36,218 nucleotides of DNA from Nemertoderma westbladi (lineage: Eukaryota > Animalia > Xenacoelomorpha). The DNA is taken from positions 1-36,218 of the forward strand of contig JAUCBJ010001035.1 in the NCBI GenBank assembly GCA_032718475.1. The letters are read 5' to 3'. A model generated the notes under the pieces. It did not search any database. It had not been told where the DNA came from and was given only the letters and a program-made list of their open reading frames with translations. Every line of letters begins with the position of its first letter. Positions within the stretch are counted from its first letter, which is position 1. Positions 1-11,778 of the stretch are shown piece by piece. Made by a program: the position numbers and the translations under genes.

Positions 1-382
1 ACTGGAAATATCTCCATTGGTATGTTCAGTGGCTTTGTGGTTTAAGGCATGCAAGTAAATTTAAGCAGTAAATTTCTTAATATACTGTAATATAATTTTG
101 CAATTAAAATAGTGAAATGGAAAGGCAGAAAGGAGTGCCACACACGTCACGTCTCTCCTCCACATCTTTGGAACGATACGGGTTACCACCAGCTGACGGC
201 TGCGACCCTTCCATTAACTAAATAATTAGAGTAGACGCGGGTTTAGACAAAGTTGTTGTTAGGAATGTTTTTTTTGAACGATTTAAAGCTGGCGTTTATA
301 AACTTGTCCAGATCGGACTCCACTGCTTGTGTGGAGCCATTTACAAGTCCGAAAAATTGACCTCAGCAAATTAAATATTTTG

Positions 383-424
383 CCCCCCCCCCCCCCCCCA
401 AGCAAAATCCTAGAACCGCCCCTG
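383..424 (-). mobile_element. hAT-like MITE terminus fragment
   Basis: Minus strand reads CAGGGGCGGTTCTAGGATTTT then a G-run, a common hAT-type non-autonomous end; partner end not seen in the window. Confidence 0.35.
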
Positions 425-919
425 TGTACAGTAGGATATGCCAATATTCCAAAAGTTCGAGAGGTATTTGCCCGTAACTTTCTAAAATATTGGAACTTTT
501 TCTCCAGTACGCCCATACAAAATTTTGTTGAAAATGGTTAAAATCTTCAAAAGTTATTTACGAATGTATTTTTCATTAAAGACAGATGGACAGACAGAAA
601 GACGGACGCAATTACATGAAATTTTGCCCTATTTACTAATTATCATTGTGCGAAAAGGCTCGCCTTTACTGCGTGGCTCGACCCACAATCACAGAAAACC
701 ATGGTCACGAAATTTTAAAAATGACGTGTATCACCAAATTTCAGTTCCAGAACGAAAAATACCAGTTATGCCTCTGAACTAAACATTAGATATATTGTAC
801 TGTATGGCCTACACAACTCCACATCCAAAAATGCGATGTGCATTAGAATTTGTATGGTTTTTGGCAACTTTATAATTTGCTTTATAATTTTTTATTTTGA
901 AAAATTCTGACATATGGTG

Positions 920-1050
920 CGAGAAAGTGGTGAAAGTTAAGTGTAGTTGGATGAAAGTTGAATGTAGTTGGGTGGAAGTGGAGCGTAGTTGGGTGAAAGT
1001 GAGTCAAAGTTGAGAGTAGTTGGGTGATAGTTGTGTGGAGAGCTGGATGT
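920..1050. repeat. Degenerate ~10-11-bp tandem repeat (AAGTTGGGTG-like)
   Basis: Recurring AGTTG(G/A) units; a related array at ~1888-1968 ends in TTTAGGCAGACCCG. Confidence 0.55.
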
Positions 1051-1292
1051 TCTGTGGGACGAGTCACGCAGTCATGGCGAGACTTAGCGCACAATTGCAA
1101 TTAGTAAAAATAAAGCAAAATTTAATCTCCGTCAGTTTACAAAAGCCCGCCTCTAGATAAAGCGGCTCTCTTTACTACTTTCAGCTATCCCGGGAGGTTG
1201 ATTGACAGGCATTTCTAAGCTTTGATATTTAGCCGCTCTAGGTAGACTTGCATTAGGCAAATTCCAAGTGATTTCCTAAAGGTTATTTTATT

Positions 1293-1378
1293 CCTATTAT
1301 GAACCTAATAGGATCCTATTAGGAGCCTAATATGATCCTATTAGGAGCCTAATAGGATCCTATTAGGATCCAATAGGA
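1293..1378. repeat. 11-bp quasi-palindromic tandem repeat (CCTAATAGGAT/CCTATTAGGAG)
   Basis: About 7-8 consecutive self-complementary units read directly. Confidence 0.8.
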
Positions 1379-2512
1379 CGTTATTTAAAAGCGTTACTGT
1401 ATCATGATACATAAAGGATAATTACATAATTATAATTGCATTAAACATACTGTATAATATTGAATATTATGTCTATTAATTTTGAACGAATTATAGCATT
1501 GCCATTCCCATAACAGAAGCTTCCAATGCGATTTCGTCGTTAAGGCTGTGACCCTCCTGTGTATCAATACCTTTTACATTAACACAGCGCCAGTTTAGTT
1601 TGTACTGTAGCTTCATTAGTTTGGAGTTTCGGTGCGTGTTATATGTCGACATCTGTAGGTATCTGGATCGTTCGCCAATAGTCTCTATCTCTCCTTTGTA
1701 TATTTATTGTTAAATTTATCAATTATTCTAGAACCAACCTGCAATAAATATAAACGTTAGTTTGTTACAGTATTTTCATAAATTGCTCAGCAGTGGGTGC
1801 AAAATACAGTACATGAAGCTTTTAAAAAGCTCATATCTCAGCAATTCCTCATAGAAGTTCAGAGTTTGTTACTGTACATATTATAATTTGTGGAAGTTGG
1901 GTGCCATACAGTATAGTTTGGTGTAAGTTGGATGCAGTTGGGTTGAAGTTGGGTGTTTAGGCAGACCCGTAATCACATAATGACCATTGACCATACCATA
2001 CCAAACTTTTACAGTACTTTTTAACTACAATATTTTGTTTTTTGCCTTCTCTCTCATTGTCTTCTTTGTTTTTATTGGCTTGTTTGTTTTGGGCTTGTTT
2101 TGTTCATCGATCATTGTGCTGTGGCTGTCCGATCCTCTGCTACTTTCCCTCAATTTGTACTGTGGTTGGTGCCGTTAACAACATAGTTTATTGTTTTGGT
2201 TAGAATGCTGCTGCTGTAACCTGCTCCTTTCCTTAAATTGGTAGGTAACAACAGCGTTTATTGATTCCCACATTCCACATTCCCATCCACCTTCCCACAT
2301 TTCCATCCAGCAAACCTAAAACAATAATAAGTTGTGAAATAATTGTTGAACTGTATCAAAATCTAATTAATACATTATGACAATGTACTGTATAATAATT
2401 TCAGATCAGACAGTCTGATTCATAATGTAGGTCTACAAAACTTCTATACATTGACCTGACTGCCTGACTGCGCCTGACACTCGCTAATACTAAATTTTCA
2501 CTTCTTGGTGCT

Positions 2513-2797
2513 CTTTTGTGGTCTTTTGCAGTCTTTTGCTGTCTTTTGCGGTCTTTTGCTGTCTTTTGCGGTCTTTTGTGGTCTTTTGCGGTCTTTTACG
2601 GTAATTCGTCTTGCAGTATATCCATGCCTTCTCTGTTCTTTTGTGGTCTTTTGCAGTCTTTTGCGGTCTTTTGTGGTTTTTTGCGGTCTTTTGTGGTTTT
2701 TTGCGGTCTTTTGTGGTTTTTTGCGGTCTTTTGTGGTCTTTTGCGGTCTTTTGCGGTCTTTTGCGGTCTTTTTTGGTCTTTTGCGGTCTTTTGCGGT
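2513..2797. repeat. 10-bp tandem repeat (GGTCTTTTGC)n in two blocks
   Basis: Two blocks separated by ~35 bp, each ending in GGTAATTCGT; explains the ORFs at 2505-2822. Confidence 0.9.
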
Positions 2798-2929
2798 AAT
2801 TCGTAGGACCCTATTAAATTAATTTAATTACTGAATTATACAGCTGTGACTTGTAGACTTGTGTGTGGTTGGTGGTTTTGGCCCTACAGCCCGTCTAGTC
2901 AGCTAGTTCAGTAGTTGCCATTGACTGAT

Positions 2930-5900
2930 GGGTCATTCCATGCTAATTCGACCAATCGGTGTGGCAAGGGTCGGAAATTTTTGACGAAATTTTAACCACT
3001 TATCAATTCTAGTGAAAAAACGATGTGGTGAAAATTTCAGCCGATTTGGTTTAGCCGTTCTCGAAATATTGATGTTTTAAATTTGGCGAAATTCCAAAAA
3101 CCAGTGAAGTACATTATTTGAAGTGGTGTCTGCAGTTGATCTGATTATCAGTTTAATGTTAATTGTATGTGATTCTAAATAAACGATGCCTGAACTTCAA
3201 TATTTTTATTACTAAATGAATAAACTATTAATCAGAAAGTTGTCAGACGATTTCAAATTTGCCTCAAAAATGCGAATTTTTGAAAAATGTCCACATTTGA
3301 GACCTCAGTACATTAGTCTGACAACTAGTTTATCTGTTATTTTAGTTTTCCCGGTTAGAGTGACTCATAATGATTCGAATCATATAACTTTAGTAGGTAA
3401 ACTGATAATCAGATAGTCTGTATGACTGAATATCTGGGTGAAGAATCTGAAAAATGTCAAAAAATGCAATATTGGAGGCTCTGGTGGAGAGCTCTGATTA
3501 TAGCTATGTTCATGAGCTTTTTTACCTGACATCTTTGACACAAAATGAGCGCCATGTCAAAATTTGAAGAGTAAACTAGATGTTCTAGAGCGTGTATGAC
3601 TCATTTTAAAATTCTAATAAATTAAAATTTTAAATGGTCCTCAAGGTGGTCTGACAATTAGTTTTTTGATAAAAATACATTTTTTCAAACGATATCTGGG
3701 CAGAAGACTATATTTCAAAATTTAAAGCAAAAACTAACAGTCAGACCCATTATCTGACCTACTATTGAATTATTTCGAGTAAGTATCTGATCACGTGCTG
3801 CTCGAATTCTCGCTCGCTCGATATAAATCGATTTTATCCAACTACTATTACAATATAACAGTATAACAATACATTAATTCGAAATATAAATCAAAACAGC
3901 CAGACAAACAAAATATAATTCGTTTTTGATGTTAAGTAATAGTAGGCCAAATAATAATTAAAATTAATTAAAAATGCCGCAATACGGCAAGTTTTGGTAA
4001 ACGGATACATTTTTCAAACGATGTAATAATGACAAAAATACTTCGTAATATAAAACAACAACAGCCAGACACATATATTATTAGTTCGGATTAGTATAAG
4101 AAATTAATTAGGCCCCTAGTATAAAAATAACAGCTGCTCATTGGCCCAGAGCCGAATGCCTGTATGACGAGGCCTACTCTACTATGCTAAGTTAAGTGGG
4201 GTATCACAATAAAAAAATATTAAATTCGAATAGTACAGTACATATAAATTTATCCGAACAGTATAAGGCCTTAATGAACTACACAATTCTCTAGTGTGAC
4301 CTTCATTTATGAACTGATCAACAGTACTGGTATATAAATTTTGGTATCCGAACAGTATAAGGCCTTAATGAACTACACATATTCTCTAGTGTGACCTTCA
4401 TTTATGAACTGATCAACAGTACTGGTATATAAATTTTGGTCGGTTATTGCACAACAATACTGATAGTTTTTGTAACATGTACATATATTTTTCAATGATA
4501 TATGGTAATTAATACATAAAAAATTACAATTTTCAAAATATAACAATAAAACTAGTTCGGGTTAAGAGTAGTTAAGTAAATTATCACTGTATTAATTACC
4601 GTATATCATTGAAAAATATATGTACATGTTACAAAAACTATCAGTATTGTTGCTGCCAATAACCGACCAAAATTTATATACCAGTACTGTTGATCAGTTC
4701 ATAAATGAAGGTCACACTAGAGAATTGTTTAGTTCATTAAGGCCTTATACTGTTCGGATAAATTTATATGTACTGTACTATTCGAATTTAATATTTTTTT
4801 ATTGTGATACCCCACTTAACTTAGCATAGTAGAGTAGGCCTCGTCATACACGCATTCGGCTCTGGGCCAATGAGCAGCTGTGATTTTTATACTAGGGGCC
4901 TAATTAATTTCTTATACTAATCCGAACTAATAATATATGTGTCTGGCTGTTGTTGCTTTATATTACGAAGTATTTTTGTCATTATTACATCGTTTGAAAA
5001 ATCTATCCGTTTACCAAAACTTGCAGTATTGCGGCATTTTTAATTAATTTTAATTATTATTTGGCCTACTATTACTTAACATCAAAAACGAATTATATTT
5101 TGTTTGTCTGGCTGTTTTGATTTATATTTCGAATTAATGTATTGTTATACTGTTATATTATAATAATAGTTGGATAAAATAGATTTATATCGAGCGAGCG
5201 AGAATTCGAGCAGCACGTGATCAGATACTTACTCGAAATAATTCAATAGTAGGTCAGATAATGGGTCTGACTGTTAGTTTTTGCTTTAAATTTTGAAATA
5301 TAGTCTTCTGCCCTGATATCGTTTGAAAAAATGTATTTTTATCAAAAAACTAATTGTCAGACCACCTTGAGGACCATTTAAAATTTTAATTTATTAGAAT
5401 TTTAAAATGAGTCATACACGCTCTAGAACATCTAGTTTACTCTTCAAATTTTGACATGGCCCTCATTTTGTGTCAAAGATGTCAGGTAAAACAGCTCGTA
5501 AACATAGCTATAATCAGAGCTCTCCACCAGAGCCTCCAATATTGCATTTTTTGACATTTTTCAGATTCTTCACCCAGATATTCAGTCATACAGACTATCT
5601 GATTATCAGTTTAACTACTAAAGTTATATGATTCGAATCATTATGAGTCACTCTAACCGGTAAAACTAAAATAACAGATAAACTAGTTGTCAGACTAATG
5701 TACTGAGGGCTCAAATGTGGAGATTTTTCAAAAATTCGCATTTTTGAGGCAACTTTGAAATCGTCTGACAACTTTCTGATTAATAGTTTATTCATTTAGT
5801 ATTAAAAATATTGAAGTTCAGGCATCGTTTATTTAGAATCACATACAATTAGCATTAAACTGATAATCAGATCAACTGTAGACACCACTTCAAATAATGT

Positions 5901-6081
5901 ACTTCACTGGTTTTTGGAATTTCGCCAAATTTAAAACATCAATATTTCGAGAACGGCTAAACCAAATCGGCTGAAATTTTCACCACATCGTTTTTTCACT
6001 AGAATTGATAAGTGGTTAAAATTTCGTCAAAAATTTCCGACCCTTGCCACACCGATTGGTCGAATTAGCATGGAATGACCC
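2930..6081. mobile_element. Non-autonomous foldback DNA transposon, Sola2-like (arms ~1.5 kb, 71-bp spacer)
   Basis: GGGTCATTCCATGCTAATTCG... at 2930 and its reverse complement ending at 6081; arms 2930-4516 and 4588-6081; 4-bp TSD TGAT on both sides. GRG termini, a 4-bp TSD and long TIRs are Sola2 hallmarks. No transposase ORF. Confidence 0.8.
4251..4439. repeat. 94/95-bp tandem duplication in the left arm of the foldback only
   Basis: TATCCGAACAG...AAATTTTGG occurs twice (4251-4344, 4345-4439); the right arm has a single copy. Confidence 0.92.
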
Positions 6082-6189
6082 TGATTGACTTGACATTACA
6101 CATTTATCATAGCCTATGTCATATACCATACAGCCATATGTTATATCATATGTCACATACCATGTACCAGTGCCAGTTAGCGGCATTAG

Positions 6190-7028
6190 GCTCCTATACG
6201 TGACGTGCTGACGTGAACTGCAAACCACCGTACTGGCAGAGCAGACTTGATTGGGATGACATACTGACATATTTTTAATTGTGCTACGGCTGTACGGTCT
6301 GAACTGCTGACGGTTTAGACATAGGTCAGTAGGTACCTACCGGCCCGTATGCTAAGTGATTTTTTTGTGCGCCGAACGCGACGCGGCGCAGAAAAAAATG
6401 TGCGCCTGCGCAGTCGAAAACAGTGCAAAATCCGCGTGCGCAGCAGAAAAACTGCGCGAGATTGGCGCGCGCAGCAGAAATTCTGCGCGAGATTGGCGCG
6501 CACAGCAGAAATACTGCGCGAAATCTCCTACCACGTACCTGCCTGCCTACTGCTGTACTGGCCTAAAGCACACCAAGCAGCCAAGTAGCAAGTAGGAGGC
6601 TTATTATTTCAGTATTTCTTACAGTCTTATCTGTATTGTCATTACCCTGTTACCGGTAGTCGGCAGACTGCCAGGCAGTCAGGTCAGGGGTAGCGGGTAG
6701 GTCTACTTACCGGTAGGCGGTACTGACTTAGTGCTGTAATGCAAGTCTGAGCCGTGCTATCAATTTTCTGCGCCTGCGCGGCGCTGCGCTGCGCTCTCAA
6801 TTTTCTGCGCCTGCTCCAAATTCTGGAAAAAATTGTGCGCCGAACGCGTTCGGCGTACATGCCCTACTTAGCAGAATGGCCTACCGGTAGGTACATTAGT
6901 ATACAGAGGTATAGGGCTTATGCTATTTTAATTGTTGAATCTCACTTGATAATATTGTTTCCACACTTTCGAATCAACTGATCAATGACTAATTTACATA
7001 CCGGAACAAAATAACAAGAAATCAGATA
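6190..7028 (+). promoter_or_regulatory. Putative S6K promoter / 5' region
   Basis: CpG-dense zone directly 5' of exon 1; TGACGT CRE-like sites near 6201 and 6209, TGCGCCTGCGCA (NRF1-like) 6401-6412, GCGCGAAA (E2F-like) 6516-6523, CCGGAA (ETS-like) at 7001. TSS not located. Confidence 0.4.
6342..6881. mobile_element. 540-bp CpG-rich MITE with 16-bp imperfect TIRs and 4-bp TSD
   Basis: GGCCCGTATGCTAAGT versus ACTTAGCAGAATGGCC (13/16 inverted match); TACC on both flanks (6338-41, 6882-85); internal GCGCAGCAGAAA and TGTGCGCCGAACGCG repeats. Confidence 0.65.
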
Positions 7029-7091
7029 ATGGCGGGAATGTTTCATATGGATTTATCTGAAGATCACCAGCACTCTGATGAAGAAGTTGAT
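7029..7091 (+). CDS. RPS6KB: p70 S6 kinase exon 1 (MAGMFHMDLSEDHQHSDEEVD) with TOS-like motif
   Basis: ATG at 7029; resembles the p70S6K N-terminus MAGVFDIDL followed by an acidic stretch; ends at a GTGAGT donor (7092), phase 0. Not in the ORF track. Confidence 0.85.
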
Positions 7092-7947
7092 GTGAGTTTT
7101 ATCTACCGGTCAGCCGGTATCATCTAATGTCAGAAATAAATAGGCAGGATAGGCATAAATAAATGTGTACCTGGTATCTGGTATCATTCCCACGAGCGCT
7201 GACCTACATATTACAGTATTACCAATTACTTGTAGATCGGTTCAGTATTGATAAATGGTTATACTGTTATATGCTGATTTCTTGTTTAATGGGTTATTTT
7301 TTCATTATCATTAGATAAATATTTCACTTGTCCCATATTAGGTACCGTATCAGACTTCAGACTTAGTTGAGTGGAATGAATGAAAAATACCTTGCAGGTC
7401 AATTAAAGTTGGCGCTACAGTCCCAACCAGAATCGCAAACATCGCCCCAGCGGGGTAAGACACTACCAACATGCCGGGCCGGATTAAGGGGGGTGCAGGC
7501 GCGGGGCAGGTGTACCCGGGCTGCCATATCCAAGGGGCCGCATTTTGCAAAAATTATTGTCAGCTGTGGAATCTACCCATTGCCTAACTACCAGTAATAC
7601 TAATAATTGCAAATGAATAGTACCCAATATTATCAACAATAACACAACAAATTTATTTGTAGGCCTAATAAAAAAGAGGGGGTAACACCCAAAAGAGGGG
7701 AGTTTTACATCATTTTGCAAATATCACAAAAAAGGTACTAGTGTCCAGTACCACAAAAATTATGCGAATCACTTTCCATTTTTTGATTTTTTCCTTAGCA
7801 ATATGGATTAGGATTGAGCAGTAAATATCAACAAGGGGCAGGGTTTCCTAAAATTTTGCTACTAACAATGACTATCGATTGACTACATCACTGTATACAT
7901 TTCTATATACTAAATATAAGTGTCGTTGCTCAATTTGAATTTCCTTC

Positions 7948-8023
7948 ACAAATTTCCGTTGCTCTAGAAACGAAATTGCTAATTATAGTTAGCAATTTAG
8001 TTTCTAAAGCAACGGAAATATGT
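7948..8023. repeat. ~76-bp near-perfect hairpin
   Basis: ATTTCCGTTGCTCTAGAAACGAAATTGCTAA / TTAGCAATTTAGTTTCTAAAGCAACGGAAAT, 29/31 paired, 6-nt centre. Confidence 0.85.
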
Positions 8024-8151
8024 TTAGTCACTTTATTACAATTTTCGCTTGTACAATATACAGCAGGAAGTTAATTTACACAAGTTATCTAGGCCTACTA
8101 AATTGAGGTATGTAACCTCACCCATCGGTTTCATCGACTTCCAAAACCATT

Positions 8152-9532
8152 CAGTTAGGTACAATGGCCAAATCTGGCAACCTCAAAAGTTGCCACATAT
8201 GGCAATGTTTATTGCCAAATCTGGCAACTTTTGGTTTTTCTAATTTTCGCACGCCCAGAAGCAAAATCGCATTTTGGTAAATAGGTAAGTGAAAAGAGCG
8301 CGAAATTTAAATATAATTGACCGTATAAGAAAAAAAATCATCGTCTGAATTTCTCTTAGCAATAGGCCGAAATGTGCCTAAAATAATTATTGCCATTTTT
8401 GGCAACCATTAGAATTAAAGAAAAATAATGGTTGCCATTTTTGGCAACAATTATCATTATGCACCCCTGTCAGTAACTAGCTGTAAATTACTTCAAAATT
8501 GCTTACTTCTTGCTTACCCTTGTCGAGTTGTTATGATTTATAAACAAAACATTAGTTGATGAAATGATAGAATGTATTTGATATGTTGTTAATATGTTAA
8601 TGGAAAGATGGATTGAGTCTATAACAGATACCGTGGACTGGTAGACTGGTATATGGTATAGGCATAAACAAAACTAAAGAATCACATGCTTCAAAGGCTG
8701 AAATGGAAATAAATGTAATAAAATTTGACAACGTCAGAGGTCAGAACGTGAACATCACCAAAAGGAAGCAAGAAGGCAAGGGGGCATTAAAGTTTGAGAA
8801 ACGGCGTGACAGACTGACAGAAGAACAATAGTGTCAAAATTTAGAAAGACTGAGAAAACCAAAACGCGTGTTATGTCAAGGGATTCAACCAAATTGTTTC
8901 TAGTAGGCCCTAATGAAAAACGGGATGAAATTATTATCATTATATGTCTGTCTGTATGTACTGATGTAGGAATGGAATGATAGATATACTGAACTGATAT
9001 GTGAAGGATGATTTAGATTGCTGGGCAATTGTATCAGCATTACACAGTTACAATCTTTAACTACTAAACTATTATTCTGTTATTGGTACAAACAACAATC
9101 AACCACCTCCCCAAGCAGCACCAGAGATTACTAGCAAGATTACCAGTCAGTCTGTGTTTGTATTATTGACTCTCATTCTCACCTCATTTATTAGGATATA
9201 TTGCTGTATTGGTTAGAACTTAGAATATGCCACTACCGGTATAAGTATAACCTGTAACCTGGCCCTATCCGTATCCCTTTTTTCTAGGCCTAACATTAAC
9301 ATTTCAGGATCTAAGGAATGACCATACAGCCATATGCCATACTGCCATAGAAGGACTTAATGACGCAGAACCATAATAAGCCATATTCAATGAGTTAGTT
9401 AAGTTGCCAAATATGGCAACAACGGCTTTATATAGTTGCCAAATCAGGCAATCAGAAATGTTGCCAAATTTTGCTTGGTTGCCAAATATGGCAATCACAA
9501 TCATTGCCAGATTTGGCCATTGTACCTAACTG
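8152..9532. mobile_element. 1.38-kb non-autonomous DNA transposon with perfect 29-bp TIRs and 5-bp TSD (hAT5-like?)
   Basis: CAGTTAGGTACAATGGCCAAATCTGGCAA (8152-8180) and its exact reverse complement (9504-9532); CCATT duplicated at 8147-51 and 9533-37; subterminal TTGCCA-N4-TGGCAA repeats. Confidence 0.85.
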
Positions 9533-10443
9533 CCATTGTCCCCAAAACATTGACCGTTATTGACAGATATATCGTAGGCCTATCGTATCGTAATCGTTTT
9601 TACATCAAAAGAAATTAAGTTAATTGCAAGAAATCAATACAGCAAATACAGCAAGGCTAATTTCATCCAAAAATGTAGTGGACATTATTAAATGTCCTTG
9701 CAGTGGAACTGTATATTTTAGAAATTTGATAGTTACCGAGTTTGAGTGTCGCAGTGGATCTGGATACAGTGAGTTAAATGCTTCCACAATAGTGTTTAGT
9801 GGCACAGGTTGAAATCCGACTAAACGCTGTAGAAATTTTGCATTGTTAGGTTCGTATTCGTAGGCAAGACACCTTTGACATTTGTGCTCACACGTCAAAC
9901 CAGCGGTACAATTGGAAACTGGCTTCTGCTGGGGGGGGGGGGGGGGGGGTAAAGAATATGGTTGGATAGTAATGGAGTGTTCAACCTTGGGAGCTAGTGT
10001 GGCGCCCTCCCTGCCTTATAGGTAACAGCCAAAAGAGAGTAGCCTTCGGGTTGCCTCTAGTGGAAAAGTGCACCCGGGCCACCAAGTCATTAATCCGGCC
10101 CTGACCACCTTAACAGGAGCAGCACAGCATCTAGTTCTCAAGACGTTGGACTAATGGTCAAGGGTGGATCAAGCTCAACTCAGCAGTCAACACCAGTGCG
10201 TCATTGTGACTCTGGTACCGTATATCATTAAAAATAACAATGGGAACAACCATCCCTCAGAAACAATAATAGGCATAATGGAATCGCAACGGTTGTTTTT
10301 GTTAGTGTAGACACCCACACAACAGTAGTGTAGATTTAGCAATTACCAGTCGAAATAGGTATTGTTTTAAAAAGGTCTGCCATTTTGCTTTGTGCTATTT
10401 CTCGTGGACCGATTACTGTTACCGGTTGACCGTTTACTATTTA

Positions 10444-11686
10444 GGGCACGTGTTAGTTAATACATTGGACTATTAAGCTTATGTACCTCTTCTGAGGAAT
10501 TGGTTCAACAGAATGCTTTAAATTTTGAGGGGAATTAATTTTGCATGTGTCTCAGACGTGGTAGCAGAATAAACAAAACAAAATATTTTGATCACCAGAA
10601 ATTTTCAAAGTGAAAAATGTTATTTGTAAAAAGTGAAAAAACACGTATTTTGGCCGTTTTTTGTGATTTAACTTTTTATATTTCTAACCTACATGTCTAA
10701 AGGTGGTATCACCTATAAATGATTAGTAGAAGAACATATACTGAAAATTTCATGCAATTTGGTCCAGTAGTTCCAGAGAAACGAAAATGAGTGAAAAATA
10801 AAAACGAAAAATAAAATTCTGAGTTGAAGCCATTTAAAGTTTTCAAACCTTCCCGCCATTTTTTGATAAGTGGAGGGATAATTCAAATTATATTGAAAAT
10901 ATAAGGATGAATACTTTTTAACTAAAATTTTTGATATGGGGGTTTTCTGGTCTGTGATTTCATTCGCGATGTTGGTTTTAACGTTTGAAGTATTTCAGAC
11001 TGTCTTACTGGCAGTCTCTCTGTTTATCAGACAATCTGTCCGTCTGTCAGTCGAAATTTAGGAAAGGACACGACCTCGATAACACCTTAGTTAAAGGGGT
11101 TATCCTGGTCGGTAATTCCATTTCTGGTGTCAGTATTCAAATATAATAGGTTTGTGTTGGTCTGTGTACCTGTCGGTATGTCCGTCAAAATATAACAGAC
11201 AGACAGGCAGGCAGCCGGATAGCCCATCTAAGAATCCTTTATAGGCCTATGTTAAAACAGGCATCAGAAATGGAATCATGGACCAGGAAAACCCCTATAA
11301 TAACATTTTCAGTTGTATTTCATTCATGATTTTCGACTAACAGACAGACAGACAGGCCAAAAGACAGACAGAGATACAAGCCAAAAGACAGACAGATAGA
11401 CATGCTGGCAGACAGAAAGACAGACAATATAGAATACATGAAATATTAAAATCGACATTGATTAGAAATTAGATCACTAAACAGGAAAGATCCTATAGCG
11501 AAAATTGTACAATGCGTTTCTTTAATTTTGTCAGGCATACCGACTGATAGGCAGACAGACAGCTATATCTCGAGAACTAAAAGAGATCTCGCTATCTCGT
11601 TTTCAGTTTTTAAATTGCCATTAAATTTTGATCCAGAATCCGAAAAATAAATTTTGACATACATACTTTATCACATACAAGTGCCC
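10444..11686. mobile_element. Kolobok-like non-autonomous element
   Basis: GGGCACGTGT / ACAAGTGCCC termini flanked by TTTA and TTAA; internal (CAGA)n-like tracts in both orientations. Confidence 0.45.
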
Positions 11687-11746
11687 TTAACTGAAACTAT
11701 TGCATTTATATTCTGTTATCTACTGTTTTATTTTTATTTATTTTAG

Positions 11747-11778
11747 GACTTCTTCGAATATCCTCCCGCTTCTGAAAA
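11747..11778 (+). CDS. RPS6KB: p70 S6 kinase 32-nt micro-exon 2 (DFFEYPPASE + AA)
   Basis: T-rich tract plus TAG acceptor (11745-46) and GTGAGT donor (11779); phase 0 in and phase 2 out exactly bridge exon 1 and exon 3 (AA|C = Asn). Confidence 0.8.

Larger units (their letters stand above)
7474..10103. mobile_element. hAT-like non-autonomous element in intron 1 containing nested insertions
   Basis: TIRs CCGGGCCGGATTAA (7474-7487) and TTAATCCGGCCCTG (10090-10103), 13/14 inverted match; TSD degenerate. Confidence 0.55.

Noticed and set aside
1987-2822. Hydrophobic or Phe/Cys-rich ORFs
   Set aside because: Products of T-rich sequence and the 10-bp repeat.
3216-5795. Twin 66-aa ORFs on opposite strands
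   Set aside because: Mirror copies in the palindrome arms with no recognisable transposase motif.
2930-6081. Palindrome as a sequencing fold-back artefact
   Set aside because: The arms differ by substitutions and a 94-bp duplication, and there is a unique spacer and a TSD.
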